Shown: one piece after another, positions 57,059-64,000 of the stretch
Layout: each line of letters starts with the position of its first letter
Numbering within the stretch: position 1 is the first letter of the stretch
Assembly (NCBI GenBank): GCA_020184695.1
Contig: JAANOX010000216.1
Coordinates: 1 to 64,000, forward strand
Reading direction: 5' to 3'
Length of the DNA stretch: 64,000 nt
Source: Histomonas meleagridis 2922-C6/04-290x
Lineage: Eukaryota; Protista; Parabasalia
Made by a program: the position numbers and the translations under genes
Notes under the pieces: model-generated
Database searches by the model: none
What the model saw: only the letters and a program-made list of their open reading frames with translations
What the model was told of the DNA's origin: nothing

Positions 57059-60000
57059 ATGACGAACAATGTTACTAATGATGATACTAATGTCTTAAAC
57101 ACAGGAAATAAAAATTTAAATTATTTATCAATCTGCTTGAAATTCCTAAATGAGCTTGAGAAAACTATATTCAGTTTAACATAAGAAAACTTTCAGACGT
57201 ACTTTACAAAAGTATTGGGATTTTTTGATTCAAATTATCCCTATACATTTAATACGATTAATATATATTATTACCATTATAAGTAATATAGTTTTTAATG
57301 CATTTTCATCACGAAAACAAGTATTTGATATTTACATAAATTTTTTAAAAGAACTTCAAATGAAAGAAGAAGAAATTAATCAAAATATCGTTAAATTAAT
57401 ATCAATTTTTATCAAACGTATATCTACAACGAACACACAAGAATCATATTATTTAATAGAACAAATGATTGAACAAAATTTAATTGATAAAAATATCACC
57501 AAAAATATTAATTCAAAATATTTTGCACATTATAAACCAAAAGAAGAAAATCAAATCCAAATGACATTTGGATCTAATAGAAATGATCCGATAGAAAAAT
57601 ACTTTTTGGATAATCATTTATAATATGTTTTAATAATTTGGAATATGTTTTAATAATTTAAAATATGTTTTAATAATTTAAAATATGTTTTAATAATTTG
57701 AAATATGTTTTAATAATTTAAAATATGTTTTAATAATTTAAAATATGTTTTAATAATTTGAAATATGTTTTAATAATTTAAAATATGTTTTAATAATTTG
57801 AAATATGTTTTAATAATTTAAAATATGTTTTAATAATTTGAAACAGCACTTCATATAGCAGTTAGAAATAATAATATAGAAATAGTAAAATTTACTTTTA
57901 GATAAAGGAATTGATGTTAATGCAAAAACTATTCATTTGAATAATTTGGAATATGTTTTAATAATTTGAAATATGTTTTAATAATTTAAAATATGTTTTA
58001 ATAATTTGACACAGCACTTCATATAGCAGTTAGAAATAATAATATAGAAATAGTAAAATTACTTTTAGATAAAGGAATTGATGTTAATGCAAAAAACATT
58101 CATTTGAATAATTTGGAATATGTTTTAATAATTTGGAATATGTTTTAATAATTTGGAATATGTTTTAATAATTTGACACAGCACTTCATATAGCAGTTAG
58201 AAATAATAATATAGAAATAGTAAAATTACTCTTAGATAAAGGAATTGATGTTAATGCAAAACTATTTATTTGAATAATTTGGAATATGTTTTAATAATTT
58301 GAAATATGTTTTAATAATTTGGAATATGTTTTAATAATTCGGAATATGTTTTAATAATTTGGAATATGTTTTAATAATTTGGAATATGTTTCAATAATTT
58401 GGAATATGTTTTAATAATTTGACACAGCACTTCATATAGCAGTTAGAAATAATAATATAGAAATAGTAAAATTACTTTTAGATAAAGGAATTGATGTTAA
58501 TGACATTCATTTGAATCATTTATAATATGTTTTAATAATTTGGAATATGTTTTAATAATTTGGAATATGTTTTAATAATTTGACACAGCACTTCATATAG
58601 CAGTTAGAAATAATAATATAGAAATAGTAAAATTACTTTTAGATAAAGGAATTGATGTTAATGCAAAAAACATTCATTTGAATCATTTATAATATGTTTT
58701 AAAAATTTTGGAATATGTTTTTAATAATTTGGTTTATGTTTTAATAATTTGAAACAGCACTTCATATAGCAGTTAGAAATAATAATATAGAAATAGTAAA
58801 ATTACTTTTAGATAAAGGAATTGATGTTAATGCAAAAAAAAAAAAAAAAATAATTTTAATAATTTTGGATTTATTTTAATAATTTGGAATATGTTTTAAT
58901 AATTTGGAATATGTTTTTTATAATTTGGAATATGTTTTAATAATTTGGAATATGTTTTAATAATTTGACACAGCACTTCATATAGCAGTTAGAAATAATA
59001 ATATAGAAATAGTAAAATTACTTTTAGATAAAGGAATTGATGTTAATGCAAAAAACATTCATTTGAATAATTTGGAATATGTTTTAATAATTTAAAATAT
59101 GTTTTAATAATTTAAAATATGTTTTAATAATTTAAAATATGTTTTAATAATTTAAAATATGTTTTAATAATTTGGAATATGTTTTAATAATTTAAAATAT
59201 GTTTTAATAATTTGAAATATGTTTTAATAATTTAAAATATGTTTTAATAATTTAAAATATGTTTTAATAATTTGAAATATGTTTTAATAATTTAAAATAT
59301 GTTTTAATAATTTGAAACAGCACTTCATATAGCAGTTAGAAATAATAATATAGAAATAGTAAAATTACTTTTAGATAAAGGAATTGATGTTAATGCAAAA
59401 ACTATTCATTTGAATAATTTGGAATATGTTTTAATAATTTGAAATATGTTTTAATAATTTAAAATATGTTTTAATAATTTGACACAGCACTTCATATAGC
59501 AGTTAGAAATAATAATATAGAAATAGTAAAATTACTTTTAGATAAAGGAATTGATGTTAATGCAAAAAACATTCATTTGAATAATTTGGAATATGTTTTA
59601 ATAATTTGGAATATGTTTTAATAATTTGGAATATGTTTTAATAATTTGACACAGCACTTCATATAGCAGTTAGAAATAATAATATAGAAATAGTAAAATC
59701 ACTTTTTAGATAAAGGGAATTGATGTTAATGCACATTCATTTGAATAATTTGGAATATGTTTTAATAATTTGGAATATGTTTTAATAATTTGGAATATGT
59801 TTTAATAATTTGGAATATGTTTTAATAATTTGGAATATGTTTTAATAATTTGGAATATGTTTCAATAATTTGGAATATGTTTTAATAATTTGGAATATGT
59901 TTTAATAATTTGACACAGCACTTCATATAGCAGTTAGAAATAATAATATAGAAATAGTAAAATTACTTTTAGATAAAGGAATTGATGTTAATGCAATTCA

Positions 60001-61358
60001 TTTGAATCATTTTATAATATGTTTTAATAATTTGGAATATGTTTTAATAATTTGGAATATGTTTTAATAATTTGAAACAGCACTTCATATAGCAGTTAGA
60101 AATAATAATATAGAAATAGTAAAATTACTTTTAGATAAAGGAATTGATGTTAATGCAAAAAACATTCATTTGAATAATTTGGAATATGTTTTAATAATTT
60201 GGAATATGTTTTAATAATTTGGAATATGTTTTAATAATTTGGAATATGTTTTAATAATTTGGAATATGTTTTAATAATTTGGAATATGTTTTAATAATTT
60301 GGAATATGTTTTAATAATTTGGAATATGTTTTAATAATTTGGAATATGTTTTAATAATTTGACACAGCACTTCATATAGCAGTTAGAAATAATAATATAG
60401 AAATAGTAAAATTTACTTTTAGATAAAAGGAATTGATGTTAATGCAAAAAACATTCATTTGAATCATTTATAATATGTTTTAATAATTTGGAATATGTTT
60501 TAATAATTTGGAATATGTTTTAATAATTTGAAACAGCACTTCATATAGCAGTTAGAAATAATAATATAGAAATAGTAAAATTACTTTTAGATAAAGGAAT
60601 TGATGTTAATGCAAAAAACATTCATTTGAATCATTTATAATATGTTTTAATAATTTGGAATATGTTTTAATAATTTGGAATATGTTTTAATAATTTGAAA
60701 CAGCACTTCATATAGCAGTTAGAAATAATAATATAGAAATAGTAAAATTACTTTTAGATAAAGGAATTGATGTTAATGCAAAAAACATTCATTTGAATCA
60801 TTTATAATATGTTTTAATAATTTGGAATATGTTTTAATAATTTGACACAGCACTTCATATAGCAGTTAGAAATAATAATATAGAAATAGTAAAATTACTT
60901 TTAGATAAAGGAATTGATGTTAATGCAAAAACTATTCATTTGAATAATTTGGAATATGTTTTAATAATTTGAAATATGTTTTAATAATTTAGAATATGTT
61001 TTAATAATTTGAAACAGCACTTGAAATAGCACAACATTTTGGTTACACAGAAATCATAAATTTACTCCTTGAAAAAAGTACAAACGAAAATTCTAATTCA
61101 GATTCCTCTTCTACAAATATCAAATCTTCATTTTCAATCAGAAATAGAAATGAAGCATATATTGCTAATAATCAAAATCAACTCAAAGATCGAATGTATG
61201 CAGAAAACAATCGAAATAATTGTATCAAAACAAAAGTTGATATAAACACACAAACATATGAAAATCATCGAAATTGCAATATACAACATAACAAATATCA
61301 CCACAAAGCAAAATATTTTATAATAATCGCTTTGGGTTCAAATGAATCGAAATTTTGA
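57059..61358 (+). pseudogene. Locus E: paralog of locus F with premature stop and DUF3447 deleted, followed by 16 near-identical ankyrin units and a C-cap/tail ORF
   Basis: The 5' part aligns to 62651 onward, with TAA at 57182 where F has GAA. It jumps from EKYFLDN (57619) into spacer sequence. The final segment TALEIAQHFGYTEIINLLLEK... is open from 61014 to TGA 61356-61358. Confidence 0.75.
57620..61013 (+). repeat. Nested array: about 87-nt ankyrin unit alternating with variable-copy 20-nt repeat TAATAATTTGGAATATGTTT
   Basis: ACAGCACTTCATATAGCAGTTAG starts at 57843, 58011, 58178, 58424, 58585, 58754, 58970, 59317, 59484, 59651, 59915, 60077, 60364, 60533, 60700 and 60847. Confidence 0.93.
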
Positions 61359-62619
61359 TATCTGCAAATGTTCTCAAGGTATTTAATAATAATTTCATTG
61401 TTTGCATCATCGTTTAGAAAATGAAACAGTTTAATTTCCATATTACAAAAGTTACACACATAAACAAATGACTTTTTGAAATTGACATGCTTGGAAACAC
61501 ATTAAATAAATATACAATTAGAATTTACCAAAGTAAATATGAATTTTTTTTTGATAATGATTTTATATATTTTTTGTTTAAAGACTACTTTTTTGAGATT
61601 ATATTCTTAGAAATTATATTATTAAATCACAGAAAAAATAAAACCAAGATAATGAATTTTAAAATATATTTTTTTGAGAAACCAAAAAACCACATGAAAT
61701 GTTTTGAAAATGTTTGAAAATAATGAACAAAATATATCTTTAATTTGTACATCATAAAAATTTTATTGCAATAAAAACAAAATCAAATGGTTTTAACGCA
61801 CTAACATAAATAATCACCACACAAACACATAAAAAATTCAATATTATAATTGTTCGTTTTATGAAACAATTAATACGAGTAAGCCGGAGAAATCGACTCT
61901 ATATGTTAATTTTATAATTATATGCCAAACTGATCAGTTTTGTGAACAATTTTCCTGATTCATGATTTTCATTTCGTGAAAAAGACATAATGGAAACACT
62001 ATTACTATCACTTCTTGTTTTCAAAAGAGATAAATGTGCTAACGCAATAAAAACCATGGAGAAATAGGTATTTCCCATTGATGAAAATTTTGATTATTTC
62101 AAAAAGTTCAAAAAATTAACAGTTATGATTCAAAAATTGAAAAAAATGAGCGTAACAATTGAGAATATTTCGTCAAATCGCAATTTTTAACACAATAAAT
62201 TGAACGTTAAACAAATCAATTTCGTTGTCTTAAAAGTTCGAGCAACTCTATCTATTTGTATACATATGGATTTGTCACTTTTATTTTGGAATAAATTCTC
62301 TTTAAAATTTTTCTCGAAGTCGCTCCATACCTATCAAATATACCAGCACTCCGGGTCATTTGTTTTAGTTTTTGATATATATAATTTGTTCATTTGTTAT
62401 TTTGGAATTTTTATCTCCCCATTAAGTTTGTTTCAACGTCACTTTCCTGTAAAGTAACAAATGAAATTATATACATTACTTGATTTTAGCTCGATATAGG
62501 ACGTTAAAAACAATGACAGTAACCTCAAAATATTTTGGGGGGTGCCGAGCGTGGCATTCTTTTTTCCCAATATTTTGACGTATTCAACTTTTTGAATTAA
62601 TAAAGTTTTGAAAACCAGT

Positions 62620-62627
62620 GACCGTTT
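62620..62627 (+). promoter_or_regulatory. M3-type motif GACCGTTT
   Basis: Lies 23 nt before ATG 62651, in the same GTGACCGTTTA context as at locus C. Confidence 0.5.
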
Positions 62628-62650
62628 ATTGACAATTATTTTGCTAAAGC

Positions 62651-64000
62651 ATGCCTAATGATGATACTGCCAAAAACACAGGGGACAAACAGTTGGGTGA
62701 TCTGTCAACCTGCTTGAAATTCCTAATTGAGCTTGAGAAAACTATTTTCAGTTTAACAGAAGAAAACTTTCAGATGTACTTTACAAAAGTATTGGAATTA
62801 TTCGATTCAAATTATCCCTGTACATTTAATATTATTATAAGTAACATCGTTTATAATGCATTTTCATCACAAAAACATGAATTTGATATTTACTTAAATT
62901 TTTTAAAAGCACTTCAAACTAAAGAAGAAGAAATTAATCAAAACACAGTTAAACTAATATCAATTTTTATCAAACGTATATCTACATTCAGCACACAAGA
63001 ATCATATTATTTAATAGAACAAATGATTGAACAAAATTTGGTTGATAAAAATATAACTAAAAACATTAAATCAAAATATTTTGCTCATTATAAAACAGAA
63101 AAAGAAAATCATTTTTCATTTGGGTCTAATAGATATGATCCAATAGAAAAATACTTTTTGGATAATTATGAAGAACTTTCAAAGAATGATTGGGAACTTC
63201 ATAAGAAGTATATTAAAGAAGGAAATAATCCAACTGAAATTGCGAAAATAATTCGAAAAGATAAAATCGAAAAACTTCAAGAAATATCATCACAAAGTAA
63301 TTTTGATTTTAATCAAACAATTGAGCCATCACTTTATGAAAGATGTTCATTTATTAATCATAAAAATGTTACATTAATTGATTATGCAGCATTTTTTGGA
63401 TCAGTTAAATGTTTTAAATATTTACTTATGAATGGCTTTAACATAAATAATACAGGTAAATATGCTGTTGCAGGTGGAAATCTTGAAATTATTCATTTAT
63501 GTGAACAGAATCATTCATCATTTGAAGGTTCATATGAAACAGCAATTAAATTCCATCAAAATGATATCTTTAAATATGTTTATGAGAATAAATTAGAAAA
63601 AATACGATCAACACCGAAAATGTCTGAAGATAAAACTAATGATTTAATCAGCTTCTGTATTTTAAATGATAATTATGAAATTTTAGCATTTTTGGAAGAA
63701 AAAGGAAATAATATTAATGCGGGTGATATAAATGAATCAGCAAGAAATGGGAATTTATATCTCGCTAAACATTTCCTTCAAAAAAATCAAATTCCAAAAG
63801 ATATTTTATTATTTGCTTCAGAATCAGGAAATATTGAACTTGTGAAATATGTTTTGGAACAAAAAGGAATTGATGTTAATGCAAAATATATTCATTTGAA
63901 TAATTTTATATATGTTTTAATAATTTGGAATATGTTTTAATAATTTGGAATATGTTTTAATAATTTATAATATGTTTTAATAATTTTATATATGTTTTAA
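62651..64000 (+). CDS. Locus F: DUF3447 + ankyrin gene; first spacer (20-mer type) begins at 63890 and the gene continues past the window edge
   Basis: Intact 429-aa ORF with DUF3447 motifs ending ...KGIDVNAKY-IHLNNFIYVLIIWNMF*, followed by further 20-mers. Confidence 0.8.

Noticed and set aside
58000-58200. U12-type AT-AC introns (AT...GAC|ACA in some E spacers)
   Set aside because: This works only for TTTGAC copies and fails for TTTGAA, TTTCAA and others. There is no ATATCCTT or TCCTTAAC consensus.
57620-61013. CRISPR-like repeat/spacer pattern
   Set aside because: The constant unit encodes an ankyrin repeat and the 'spacers' are tandem 20-mers rather than unique sequences. There are no cas genes and the context is eukaryotic.
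1-64000. rRNA, tRNA, Maverick/Polinton or other transposon genes
   Set aside because: No recognisable sequence, terminal inverted repeats or transposase, integrase or polymerase ORFs were seen by eye. Small ncRNAs cannot be excluded without covariance-model searches.

Overview
AT-rich eukaryotic genomic DNA, almost certainly from a parabasalid and probably a Tritrichomonas-like species. This is inferred from an initiator-binding-domain (IBD) gene, DUF3447-ankyrin genes, a BspA-like surface protein and M3-type promoter motifs. About 17 mostly housekeeping, intronless genes (7TM-RGS, ASH/Ig-like giant protein, IBD factor, poly(A) polymerase, Yip1, CFAP57, alpha/beta hydrolase, Sgf73-like zinc finger, PCID2, PWI/SRRM1, Rab, CCZ1-like, XPG-like and others) are interspersed with seven ankyrin-repeat loci. 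The main observation is that nearly every ankyrin repeat in these loci (about 75 junctions counted by hand) is cut at the same point, the beta-hairpin between 'N-A-K-D/N' and 'F-x-T-A-L', by an AT-rich intervening sequence. These spacers are mostly 60-63 or 80-84 nt and reach 260 nt. They have no usable GT-AG or AT-AC ends and often carry stops in both relevant frames. They keep a TTTGG-like motif exactly 21 nt before the Thr codon, and in one subfamily they consist of a pure 20-nt tandem unit. The 29-30-codon ankyrin segments stay open, and several arrays end in a proper C-terminal capping repeat. The arrays therefore look like single genes that need a non-canonical removal or skipping step (non-canonical intron, ribosomal bypass or DNA excision). 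The mechanism is inference and needs transcript or protein data. No rRNA, tRNA, CRISPR or recognisable transposase was seen. Several homopolymer frameshifts suggest residual long-read consensus errors. The ORF track uses TTG/GTG starts, so starts were moved to the first plausible ATG.
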